Origin: Gammaproteobacteria bacterium
GTDB taxonomy: Bacteria; Pseudomonadota; Gammaproteobacteria; SZUA-152
DNA: 64,000 bases
Direction: 5' to 3'
Assembly: GCA_011321815.1 (NCBI GenBank)
Contig: DROS01000026.1
Location: forward strand, 54 to 64,053
Within the stretch, counting starts at the first letter, position 1. Every line of letters starts with the position of its first letter. Made by a program: the position numbers and the translations under genes. Shown here one piece after another: positions 53,168 to 62,716 of this stretch. A model generated the notes under the pieces. The model made no database searches. It saw only the letters and a program-made list of their open reading frames with translations, and was not told the origin of the DNA.

Positions 53168-53884
53168 CTATTGTTGCGCAATCCAGTCTCGCATGCGAGC
53201 CCGCAGACGGATATGGGCCTGACTTAATAATTGGCTGATGCGTGATTCGCTGACATTCATCACTGAACCGATTTCCCGCAGGTTGAGTTCAGATTCGTAA
53301 TACAGGGAGACAATCATTTTTTCACGTTCGGGTAATGAGGAGATGGAGTCTGACAGTTTTGCCTGAAAGTGCTGCTTTTCCAGTTGGTCATGTACGCTGG
53401 TTTTGTTATCGCCAGCACTGTGTCCAAAGGCGTCTTCGTCGATGCCGATTTCGTCCCAGCTCAAGACTCGGTGGCTGGAAACATCTTGCAAGGTTTTGAA
53501 ATATTCATCGCGGGAAATGCCCAACAATTCGACGACTTCTTCATCGCGGGCATCGCGTCCTTCGCGGTGTTCAATGGTGCGAATTGCCTGGGTAATATCG
53601 CGGATTTTGCGGTGTACGGATTTGGGCGCCCAGTCGTTACGACGCAACTCATCGAGCATGGAGCCGCGAATACGAATGCCTGCATAGGTCTCAAAGCTGG
53701 CGCCCTGGCTCGCATCGTACTTGCGTGAGGCTTCCAGCAGGCCGATCATGCCGGCTTGCAGCAGGTCGTCCACTACCACGGTTGCGGGCAGGCGTGCTTT
53801 TAAATGGTAGGCAATACGCTTTACCAATGGCGCGTATTTGGTGACCAGTTCGTCGTGGCCTGCATTTTCAAGGTTATCGTACAT
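53168..53884 (-). CDS. fliA: RNA polymerase sigma-28 factor
   Basis: DDLLQAGMIGLLEA, FETYAGIRIRGSMLDELRRNDW, VSESRISQL. Confidence 0.93.
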   Translation of the reverse strand: MYDNLENAGHDELVTKYAPLVKRIAYHLKARLPATVVVDDLLQAGMIGLLEASRKYDASQGASFETYAGIRIRGSMLDELRRNDWAPKSVHRKIRDITQAIRTIEHREGRDARDEEVVELLGISRDEYFKTLQDVSSHRVLSWDEIGIDEDAFGHSAGDNKTSVHDQLEKQHFQAKLSDSISSLPEREKMIVSLYYESELNLREIGSVMNVSESRISQLLSQAHIRLRARMRDWIAQQ

Positions 53885-54034
53885 GCCTTCCTCAGCAATC
53901 GCACAGGCGTGTTGTACCTTTCACGTTGTAATGAACGAGGCCTGTGGGGGTTCTCTTGAAATTACGGCAGGAGGGGGGGAACCTTTAATGGTGGGTGGCA
54001 AGAAAAGCGGTGATTTATGGTGGTGAAAAAAGCG

Positions 54035-54631
54035 CTATAGCTGACGTCTGCCGGAAAAGGCGTGGGAAAGGGTTCCGCCATCGACATATTCCAGTTCACC
54101 ACCCAAGGGTACGCCGTGGGCGATGCGTGAACTGGTAACACCATGCACTTTGGCCATTTCGTTGATGTAGTGGGCCGTGGCCTCGCCTTCGACAGTGGGG
54201 TTGGTGGCGAGAATAAGTTCGCGGACAACCCCTTCGGCGAGCCGGTTGTCCAGTAAATCCAGGCCAATCTCGTTGGGACCAATGCCGTCCAGTGGCGAGA
54301 GATGACCCATTAACACAAAATAGCGGCCACGATACGGCGTGGCTTGCTCGATGGCGCGTACATCCGCTGGGGATTCCACCACACATAACAGGTGTTGTTC
54401 GCGGCCAGCGTTGGCGCACAGGGGGCAGAGATCTGTTTCACTGAGCGTGCGGCATTGTGTGCAGTGGCCAACCTGCTCTGAAGCGTCGGCCAGTGAGCGG
54501 GCCAGTGCCAGGGCCCCTTCGCGATTACGTTCCAATAGATGGAAGGCCATGCGCTGCGCCGACTTGGGTCCGACGCCGGGCAGGCAACGCAGGTCTTCAA
54601 TCAGGCGATTGATCAGTGGGCTGAATTCCAT
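54035..54631 (-). CDS. recR: Recombination mediator RecR
   Basis: [12 protein letters not shown]4 zinc finger, Toprim [11 protein letters not shown]. Confidence 0.98.
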   Translation of the reverse strand: MEFSPLINRLIEDLRCLPGVGPKSAQRMAFHLLERNREGALALARSLADASEQVGHCTQCRTLSETDLCPLCANAGREQHLLCVVESPADVRAIEQATPYRGRYFVLMGHLSPLDGIGPNEIGLDLLDNRLAEGVVRELILATNPTVEGEATAHYINEMAKVHGVTSSRIAHGVPLGGELEYVDGGTLSHAFSGRRQL

Positions 54632-54680
54632 GGGGATTAAGCTAAGAGGGGGGCAGGCTGCTGTCAGTTCGGGGTGTGGC

Positions 54681-55007
54681 TTAAAACGGCATTTTGAAGC
54701 CGCCGGGCAGGTCCAGCCCCGCAGTCATGCCGGCCATTTTTTCCGATGAGGTGCTTTCCACCTGACGCACGGCGTCATTCACTGCCGCCGCCAGCAGGTC
54801 TTCCAGCATTTCTTTGTCGTCTCCCATCAGGCTATCGTCAATGCTCACACGCTTTACATCGTGCCGGCCGGTCATCACCACTGAGACCATGCCGCCGCCT
54901 GCCTGACCGGTGACTTCCATATTGGCCAATTCTTCCTGGGCCTTTTGCATATTGGCCTGCATTTCCTGGGCCTGCTTCATCATTTTACCGAGACCACCTT
55001 TTATCAT
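54681..55007 (-). CDS. ybaB: YbaB/EbfC nucleoid-associated protein
   Basis: [33 protein letters not shown]. Confidence 0.97.
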   Translation of the reverse strand: MIKGGLGKMMKQAQEMQANMQKAQEELANMEVTGQAGGGMVSVVMTGRHDVKRVSIDDSLMGDDKEMLEDLLAAAVNDAVRQVESTSSEKMAGMTAGLDLPGGFKMPF

Positions 55008-55295
55008 GATATTACTCCTACCTGAATTGATAACGGAAAACCGGGAACGGGTGTGGATTATACATGAGAGCGCCGGGGAACGTTTCCAATTGTTCTGAAA
55101 ATTCTGCCAGGTTTTCCGATGATTGCGGTTGCTTTTTGTTTGTGCACAATCAGTTTATCATCAGGCAGGTTTTTTACATGTCGTCAAAGGATGCACCGCC
55201 CAGAGTCGGTGGCTCCATTGTTGCACCCACTGGCAGCGCTGCCGGTATTTTCTGCGCACTTTGAAATATCCGGAAATCAGAAAGCGACTAACCCC

Positions 55296-57581
55296 ATGGC
55301 CAGGCAGTTTTCTCCGAGTATCAAATCACACAGTATGCTGACGTTTGGTTTTGCGTTATTGCTCGCTACGGTGGGGCTGCTGGTTTATGCATTACCGGGC
55401 GGTTTTGATCTGGAAGAAAATGTGGCGCTGGATTTTTTGTTCAAGCAGCGTTCACAGAGCCCTCCGCCGGATAATGTCATGCTGGTCTCTATCGACAAAA
55501 CAGCCGCACAACAATTGGGGCTGGATAATGACCCGGGAACCTGGCCGCGTGAATTGCACGCGCGTTTGATCGACCGGTTATCTGCGGCAGGGGCCGCAGT
55601 GATTGTCTTCGATGTGTTTTTCAGCCAATCCAAGACACCCGGGCACGATGCGCGTCTGGCGCAGGCCATGCGACAGGCGGGCAATGTTGTGATTTTTGCC
55701 AGGCTGCAACGTGAGAAACAGAGCCTGGAAGGCGGCGGTGAATATAACCTGGAACGTTTGCTTTTGCCGCTGCCCATGTTCCAGCAGGCTGCGGCTGCCT
55801 ATGCCCCCTTTGCCTTGCCCAAAGTACCCATCAAGGTTAACCAGTTCTGGGCTTTTCACACCTCGGCCGGTGGTCACCCTTCATTGCCGACTGTGGCCCT
55901 GGAACATTATGTGGCGCAGGATCATGGAGCGTTATTTGACATTCTGGCCAGGGTTTCCCCGCAGCAGGCAGCCGTATTGCAGGCATCCCTTGAGGGTCGA
56001 TTCCGACGTGAGCGCATCGCGCAGATACGGGCTTTTTTAAAACAACAAACCGTTACCACCCAAGCCATGCTGGAAACATTGCGTGAGTCCGCAGGGCCGG
56101 TGACTGACCCGGAAACCAACCGGCGTCTTCAGGCCTTGCTTACGGTGTATCTCGGGCCGGAGCGTCGCTATCTGAATTTTTACGGGCCGCCGCGCAGCAT
56201 TCCTACGTGGTCTTATGGTGAAGTGCTGTCTGCGACAACGGAGCAGCTTGCCCCTTTTTTCAAAGGCAAGGTTGTGTTTGTCGGTTTTTCCGAAGAGCGC
56301 CAGCCGGAGCAAAAAGACAATTTTTACACAGTGTTTTCTCAAACCAACGGGCTGGACCTAAGTGGTGTGGAGATTGCCGCCACCGCCTTTGCCAATCTTG
56401 CGGCACCGTTGTCAACGTCCATTCTGACATCTCTTGCAGATCCTTTTCTAGCGCAACAAAGCCTGCGTCTGCCGGAACCGGCGGTCTATGCCGCCATCAT
56501 CATCGGCTTCGGCTTATTGCTGGCCTGCCTGGGCAGGCTGTCCAGCGCCAGCGCATTTGTGCTCCTGAGTCTGTTCACTGCCGGACTGTATACGCTGATC
56601 AGCCTGCAATTATTTGCCCGTTCAGCAATCTGGTTACCACTCTTTGTTCCGGTTTTGCTGCAGACACCGCTGGCATTGTTTATCGGGCTTTTATGGCGCT
56701 ATCGACAGCTTAACCGTGAGCGTAGCCGGATTCGTCAAGCCTTTGGTTATTATCTGCCCGACCATGTGGTTGAAAATCTGGCGCGCAGCTCTCAACACCT
56801 GAGAGCCCTGAGTGAGCGCATGTTTGGTGTGTGCATGGCAACGGATGCCGCGCAATACACCCGGCTGGCTGAATCACTGACACCCGAAGCCCTCAATACT
56901 TATATGAATGATTATTACGAACGCCTGTTTAAACCGGTGCGCGTGCGTGGTGGCATTATTTCTGATGTGGTGGGCGATGCGATGCTGGCAATCTGGTCTG
57001 CGCATCAAGAGGAAGGCAGCCTACGTCGGCGGGCTTGTGAAGCGGCCCTGGAGGCATTGCGTGTCGGGCAGGAGTCTGCACCTGACTCCGATCTACAGAC
57101 GCGCATTGGTTTGCACGCAGGTGAAATCATGCTGGGAAACATTGGTGCCCTGGACCACTACGAATACCGTGCTGTAGGCGATATCGTCAATACCGCCTCG
57201 CGTATCGAAGGACTCAACAAACAGCTCGGCACCACCCTGCTGGTTTCTGATGCAGTGCTTTCGGGGCTGGATGGTTTTATCAGTCGCGAACTGGGTGCAT
57301 TCCGCATGGCTGGTAAACAAAAAGCCATTGTGATTCATGAATTGCTGGGCTGGCAGGAAGACGGTGATCAACAGCAACATTATTTATGTGAGTGTTTTGC
57401 TGAGGGACTGTACGCTTATCAGCGGCATGACTGGCAGGCCGCAATGGATTGTTTTCAGCGGGCGTTTGAATTCTCGCCGGGGGACGGCCCCAGTCGTTAC
57501 TATCTTGAACGCTGTAAATTGCATGAGCAAAAAATGCTGCCCCTGCCGCAGGATGGAGTGATTGTGATGCAGAAAAAATAG
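55296..57581 (+). CDS. CHASE2-sensor class III nucleotide cyclase with C-terminal TPR-like tail
   Basis: LVSID...WPRELHA, VIVFDVFF, SGVEIAA, 3 TM, cyclase GDAML and GDIVNTASRIEG. Confidence 0.92.
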   Translation: MARQFSPSIKSHSMLTFGFALLLATVGLLVYALPGGFDLEENVALDFLFKQRSQSPPPDNVMLVSIDKTAAQQLGLDNDPGTWPRELHARLIDRLSAAGAAVIVFDVFFSQSKTPGHDARLAQAMRQAGNVVIFARLQREKQSLEGGGEYNLERLLLPLPMFQQAAAAYAPFALPKVPIKVNQFWAFHTSAGGHPSLPTVALEHYVAQDHGALFDILARVSPQQAAVLQASLEGRFRRERIAQIRAFLKQQTVTTQAMLETLRESAGPVTDPETNRRLQALLTVYLGPERRYLNFYGPPRSIPTWSYGEVLSATTEQLAPFFKGKVVFVGFSEERQPEQKDNFYTVFSQTNGLDLSGVEIAATAFANLAAPLSTSILTSLADPFLAQQSLRLPEPAVYAAIIIGFGLLLACLGRLSSASAFVLLSLFTAGLYTLISLQLFARSAIWLPLFVPVLLQTPLALFIGLLWRYRQLNRERSRIRQAFGYYLPDHVVENLARSSQHLRALSERMFGVCMATDAAQYTRLAESLTPEALNTYMNDYYERLFKPVRVRGGIISDVVGDAMLAIWSAHQEEGSLRRRACEAALEALRVGQESAPDSDLQTRIGLHAGEIMLGNIGALDHYEYRAVGDIVNTASRIEGLNKQLGTTLLVSDAVLSGLDGFISRELGAFRMAGKQKAIVIHELLGWQEDGDQQQHYLCECFAEGLYAYQRHDWQAAMDCFQRAFEFSPGDGPSRYYLERCKLHEQKMLPLPQDGVIVMQKK

Positions 57582-57957
57582 GTTTCCAGTCACATTTCCG
57601 ACAGTGCCATTGATGTGAACATTTCACACATTACAGCACAACTATTACATAGTATTGCGATGGCAAAGGGAGTAGCTTTCTCTCTGTGCCAAAGCAAATT
57701 AACATCATGCGCAATACATAATAACTATAAATAGTTATCTTTAGACAAGGTATAATTTGTGGTGGAGCGACAGGGCTATCACCCGGCATCATAAAGGTGT
57801 TGATCGAGCGCCTTGGGTATTACTACTTGGTGTGTACCATGCGGTATCGCTTGAATGAAAGCAAAATAAAGAGGATCATACGGCGCATCCCGGTTAATCA
57901 GCAGTATACCGGCAGTAAATCAGATTTACCTCTACATAATAAAAACAGGATTGTAAA

Positions 57958-60900
57958 ATGAACAGGGTGAGTGTCTTGGGTCGTTTTGGTTCCGTTCGCT
58001 GTGGTTTGCTTTTACTACCGGTATATTTTTTTGCATCTGTGGCGATGGCAGAGGAATGCGCCGAAAAAATGGCCACGATCATCTCCATTCAGGGGACTGT
58101 GGAAAAGCGCCAGAAATCCGGCACAGTGTGGGAAAAAGTGACGGCACAAGATACCTTTTGTGTTAACGACATGGTGCGCACCCAGATGAACAGTCGCGCC
58201 GCACTTTATCTCAATAACAATTCCATATTACGTCTGAACGAACTGTCCACCGTTATCTTCACAGGCCCATCTTTACAGGATGCAAGCCGGCTGGATCTGA
58301 GAAAGGGCATTGCGCACTTTATCAGCCGTATCAAGCAACGCTTTGAAGTGCTGACCCCCTACGTTAATGCCGCCGTTGATGGCACAGAGTTTGTTGTTGC
58401 CGTCGATGCGGATCAAACCCGTGTCACCGTGCTCGAAGGCCGGGTACGGGTCAGCAATGAGCAGGGTGAAATCAACCTGACCCAAGGGGAAACCGCCTTG
58501 GCCCAGGCGAGAAAAGCCCCCGCTTTGCAAACACGGGTAAAGCCCTGGAACGAGGTAAGCTGGGCCTTGTATTACCCCGCAGTGAGTGATTTTTCCACAC
58601 TGGTGGTGGCTGCTGAAGAGCTGCCTGAACCATGGCGCGCCCGTTTGCTGCAATCCGTTGAACACTATCAGCTGGGGCGTGCATCAGCAGCGCTAACGGA
58701 ACTTGAAGCGTTACCGGACGATATCCTGAACGGCAACATCTACGTTTACCGCGCCGCGTTATATCTGGCGGCAGGTCAGGATGTGCAGGCCAGCATGGAC
58801 CTGGAGCGTGCATTGAAACGGGATGCTGGAAATGGAGAAGCCCTTGCACTCAAGTCTGTCATCGCCGTCACGCAAAACCGCGCTGACCAAGCTGTAACGC
58901 TGGCCCGGGAGGCCACCGATGCCAGTCCGAAAAGTGCCGCCACCTGGTTGGCTTATTCCTACGCGCAACAAGCCGTATTCGATCTGAAACAGGCTCGCCT
59001 CAGCGTCAAGCAGGCAGTAAGACTGGCGCCGGAAAATGCCCTGGCCTGGGCACGGCTGGCCGAACTCCACCTGATGTTTGGTGAGCTTGATCAGGCGCTG
59101 TGGGCAGCGCGGCGTGCGGCAGAAATTGCGCCCCGGTTGGCGCGCACGCAAAGTGTACTGGGATTTGCTTACCTGACACAGATTAAAATCGCGGCGGCAG
59201 AGCGGGCTTTTAATCAGGCCATCAAACTTGATCAGGCGGCCCCCTTGCCCCGGCTAGGGTTGGGACTGGCGATGATCCGTCGTGGCGAGCTGGCATCCGG
59301 ACGTCGCCAGATCGAAATCGCCGCCAGTCTGGCCCCGGCAAATTCGTTGATTCGCAGTTATCTGGGTAAAGCCTATTATGAGGAAAAACGTGGCCCACTG
59401 GATGCCACGCAATTTGCCATGGCCAAAGAGCTGGACCCCAATGACCCGACGCCGTGGTTTTATGATGCGATTCGCAAACAAACTGAAAATGATCCAGTTG
59501 GTGCGTTGCAGGATTTAAACAAGTCGATAGAACTTAACGATAATCGTGCGGTATATCGCTCGAGTTTCTTGCTGGACAGTGATGAGGCTGCGAGAAGCGT
59601 CAGCCAGTCCCGGATATACAAGGATCTTGGATTTGAACAGCGCTCCTTATTGGAAGGTTGGAGGTCTTTAATATACGACCCCAGCAATTATTCTGCGCAC
59701 CGGTTGTTGGCAGATTCGTATTCTAATTTACCCCAGCATGAAATTGCCCGTGTCAGTGAACTATTGCAATCCCAGTTATTACAGCCAATAAATGCAAATC
59801 CCATCCAGCCTCAACTCGCAGAAAGTAACTTGGGCATATTGGATGGGGCCGGGCCCTCTGGTCTTGGATTAAATGAATTTAATCCATTGTTCATTCGTAA
59901 CAGCGCCAGCGTTCAAATGGATTTCACAAACGGCAGCAATGGCACATCAGGTGACAGTTTAATACTTTCAGGTATTCAGAATGACTTCTCATTTAGTTTT
60001 GGGAAGTTTCGTTATGAAACCGATGGGTTTAGAGAAAATAATGACGCCGCATATGATATTTACAATTTTTTTGCTCAGGCACGGGTAAGTAACAGGGCAA
60101 ATATACAATTTGAATATAGGGATACTGAAAGAAATAACGGAGATGTCAGGGTTAACACTTTTAGACCCGAGTCATTTAAGCCTACCTTGCGTGAGCGCAC
60201 CGAGACCGATCTTTTTCGTGTTGGGTTGAATTATAAATTAAATCCAAATGCTGTTTTTCTGGCATCACTGGCGACCAACTCTGCTGATTTTGTTTCATCA
60301 GATTTCGAATCAGGCTTAACGCGGAATGATGAAGGTGACAGTGTCGAGTTGGTATATCTGGGCAACTATGCGACATTTAACACTGTTTCAGGAATCGGTT
60401 CATTTAAAGGCAGCACAAAAGATAAGCTTGTTTTGTATGAAGACCCTGCTATTTGCATATTAATTGGTGGGTGCGAAAAAAGCTCGGAAGAAACAATCAG
60501 ACATAACAATTTTTTCTTTTACGCTTATCTGGATTTGGATGATAAAGGCTCAAAAATCATCACAGGCTTGACCGTAAACGATGTAAAAAATGATCTTGAA
60601 AATGACAGTTTTGTAAATCCAAAGCTTGGTGCTATTATTAACATTAATCGTGATAACATTTTACGCTTTGCGGCATTTAAAACCACTAAAAGAGATTTGG
60701 TGAACAATCAGACTCTTGAACCAACTCAAATAGCAGGGTTCAACCAGTTTTTTGACGATTCAAAATCTGCCGAAAGCCGCTTGTATGGCATTGGGTATGA
60801 TACAAAGATGTCGGGTAGCACATATGCGGGACTAAATTACTATAATCGAACGATTGATTTTTCGTTTATAAATGGAGATGTAATAGATTCAGTGGAATGG

Positions 60901-61347
60901 ACAAGCAAAAACGGTGGGTTATACGTTTATAGTCAGCTTGATGATAATTTTAATTTCAGTGCTGAGTTTCAATTTGACCGGTTTGAGGCGCCAACGGAAT
61001 TTAATACGGGAATTTTAGAGTTAAACACTTTTTTGGCCCCGGTTTCACTTCGTTACTTTAATTCAAATGGGTTATCAGCAAATATTACTGTGGTGCATGT
61101 GAATCAGGATGGAAAGTTCTTTGATTCGACTATTCCCCCATTTGGGGAGAAGGTAAATGACAACGATAACTTTATAATGACGAACGTGAGCATGGGTTAC
61201 CGGCTTCCAAAGCGATTGGGGATTTTGACCTTGGAAGTCAATAATTTAACAGATAAAAAATACAAATTTCAGGATATACAAGCTTCACCGGCTATCTTTT
61301 CGCCCGAAAGATATGTTATCGGGAAGTTTACTTTAAATCTGCAATAA
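57958..61347 (+). CDS. FecR-TPR-beta-barrel outer-membrane receptor (NsrA-like architecture)
   Basis: Signal peptide; FecR (VLTPYVNAAVDGTEF, TVLEGRV); many TPRs; amphipathic beta strands to the C-terminus. Confidence 0.85.
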   Translation: MNRVSVLGRFGSVRCGLLLLPVYFFASVAMAEECAEKMATIISIQGTVEKRQKSGTVWEKVTAQDTFCVNDMVRTQMNSRAALYLNNNSILRLNELSTVIFTGPSLQDASRLDLRKGIAHFISRIKQRFEVLTPYVNAAVDGTEFVVAVDADQTRVTVLEGRVRVSNEQGEINLTQGETALAQARKAPALQTRVKPWNEVSWALYYPAVSDFSTLVVAAEELPEPWRARLLQSVEHYQLGRASAALTELEALPDDILNGNIYVYRAALYLAAGQDVQASMDLERALKRDAGNGEALALKSVIAVTQNRADQAVTLAREATDASPKSAATWLAYSYAQQAVFDLKQARLSVKQAVRLAPENALAWARLAELHLMFGELDQALWAARRAAEIAPRLARTQSVLGFAYLTQIKIAAAERAFNQAIKLDQAAPLPRLGLGLAMIRRGELASGRRQIEIAASLAPANSLIRSYLGKAYYEEKRGPLDATQFAMAKELDPNDPTPWFYDAIRKQTENDPVGALQDLNKSIELNDNRAVYRSSFLLDSDEAARSVSQSRIYKDLGFEQRSLLEGWRSLIYDPSNYSAHRLLADSYSNLPQHEIARVSELLQSQLLQPINANPIQPQLAESNLGILDGAGPSGLGLNEFNPLFIRNSASVQMDFTNGSNGTSGDSLILSGIQNDFSFSFGKFRYETDGFRENNDAAYDIYNFFAQARVSNRANIQFEYRDTERNNGDVRVNTFRPESFKPTLRERTETDLFRVGLNYKLNPNAVFLASLATNSADFVSSDFESGLTRNDEGDSVELVYLGNYATFNTVSGIGSFKGSTKDKLVLYEDPAICILIGGCEKSSEETIRHNNFFFYAYLDLDDKGSKIITGLTVNDVKNDLENDSFVNPKLGAIININRDNILRFAAFKTTKRDLVNNQTLEPTQIAGFNQFFDDSKSAESRLYGIGYDTKMSGSTYAGLNYYNRTIDFSFINGDVIDSVEWTSKNGGLYVYSQLDDNFNFSAEFQFDRFEAPTEFNTGILELNTFLAPVSLRYFNSNGLSANITVVHVNQDGKFFDSTIPPFGEKVNDNDNFIMTNVSMGYRLPKRLGILTLEVNNLTDKKYKFQDIQASPAIFSPERYVIGKFTLNLQ

Positions 61348-61376
61348 CTGTTCTACTTATAACTGGAGGGATAATA

Positions 61377-61655
61377 ATGACTACAAAAGAGTGTGTTGCC
61401 ATGCGGTCTGATCTGAATGAAATTGTGCCTGATAACATGCAGGTTGGGATTTTTTATTTAGATGATGGAAGGATGATTGTCATAGATTCGCAGGGCACTG
61501 TTATTAAGCCTCATCAGGAGTGCGATTTATTCCCCCTGTGTGATGTAAAAGAGGTTGAAAAAATTGAATGTACAACAACAGTTACAGTGCGCGGTTCCCA
61601 CTATAAAGTTAAGAGAATCGGGGATAAATATTATAAAATTCCGCTGCCCCATTAA
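61377..61655 (+). CDS. Small Cys-containing hypothetical protein (92 aa)
   Basis: GGAGG RBS; 29 bp after the receptor; same AT-rich composition. Confidence 0.75.
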   Translation: MTTKECVAMRSDLNEIVPDNMQVGIFYLDDGRMIVIDSQGTVIKPHQECDLFPLCDVKEVEKIECTTTVTVRGSHYKVKRIGDKYYKIPLPH

Positions 61656-61843
61656 ATCAAATAAAGCGCACGCAACAGCGTATTTGTGCGCGAAACCCTG
61701 CTGGTGCTGACATAGTACGCTGGGTTGCTTTAACGCATTTATTGATTCCACATCGGGGGAAAATTGTCCCCCGATGTGGATGATGCCAAACCCCACAGCC
61801 AATCATGATGCCTAAAATGCATCATGATTTTTTGTGCGATGCC

Positions 61844-62329
61844 CTAACGGGTGAAATTAAACAGGAATCGTGTGATTTTCCATGTGTTGTCGTTTTTTTC
61901 CAGTACAAAAAACGCACGATAGGACTCAGTGGAAACCACTTTGCCTGTTTCCAGAATGTTAAGCTGGCCTTCCGAGCGAGTGCGGGCAAAGGCCATGTTT
62001 CCATTCTGTACCACTTCATCAAAAACAATGTTTACATCCAGGTCAATGATTTTGAATTCGTGTTCGTAAGCGGCTTTGATTTGCGTTAATCCTGTTGCCG
62101 TCGGTTTTCTTGCGGGCATAAATACCGCGTCTTTTGTGTACAGCGATAAAACACCGTCAACATCGGAGGCATTCATTGCCCTGCCATAAGCCAGGATCAC
62201 TTCTTTGATGTGTTGCGTTTCTGTGGCGGGAGTCTTTGTTTGGGTATTGGGTTGCGCATGGGCTGTGGTGCTTGCAATAGTTATGAATAGTGCGGAGGCC
62301 AGTAATACGGTTTTTGTGAGCGTTTGCAT
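61844..62329 (-). CDS. Exported SnoaL/NTF2-like (DUF4440) protein
   Basis: Signal peptide ending AHA; LYTKDAVFMP, WKITR. Confidence 0.85.
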   Translation of the reverse strand: MQTLTKTVLLASALFITIASTTAHAQPNTQTKTPATETQHIKEVILAYGRAMNASDVDGVLSLYTKDAVFMPARKPTATGLTQIKAAYEHEFKIIDLDVNIVFDEVVQNGNMAFARTRSEGQLNILETGKVVSTESYRAFFVLEKNDNTWKITRFLFNFTR

Positions 62330-62429
62330 GATTACGTCCTGTGGTCGGTAGGGAAAAAAATAATTCAGACTTATGGTTTGGTTTACACCTCAGGTTAAAC
62401 GATGTCGTTGTCCGGGGTAAGTGGCTATT

Positions 62430-62446
62430 ATTGGGAATCATTATTC
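62430..62446. promoter_or_regulatory. Possible Fur box
   Basis: ATTGGGAATCATTATTC partly matches TGATAATnATTATCA, about 100 bp upstream of the SnoaL-like gene. Confidence 0.3.
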
Positions 62447-62505
62447 CAGTGATGGGGAAATGACATGCAGCCTGATTTGAATGCTTTGTTTAATCGTTAT
62501 GGGTA

Positions 62506-62666
62506 TATACCTGTAGCGATTGAGATTTAGGTCTGATGGCATGCTCTGTTTGTCCCATAGCTGCATTGTTGTCCTTGCCATAGACCGGCTATTGCGCGTC
62601 ATTTTGCCTGGCCATGAAACAAATATGACGCACGCTTAAACCTAAATCCCAAACGTCTCGGGTATA
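62506..62666. repeat. 161-bp ERIC/MITE-like element
   Basis: TATACC...GGTATA ends; 27-bp terminal inverted repeats with 6 mismatches. Confidence 0.65.
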
Positions 62667-62716
62667 ATATCCCGCCAGTTTGTTTTAAGGGCGCACTGTT
62701 GGTGTTGCGCGATAGT

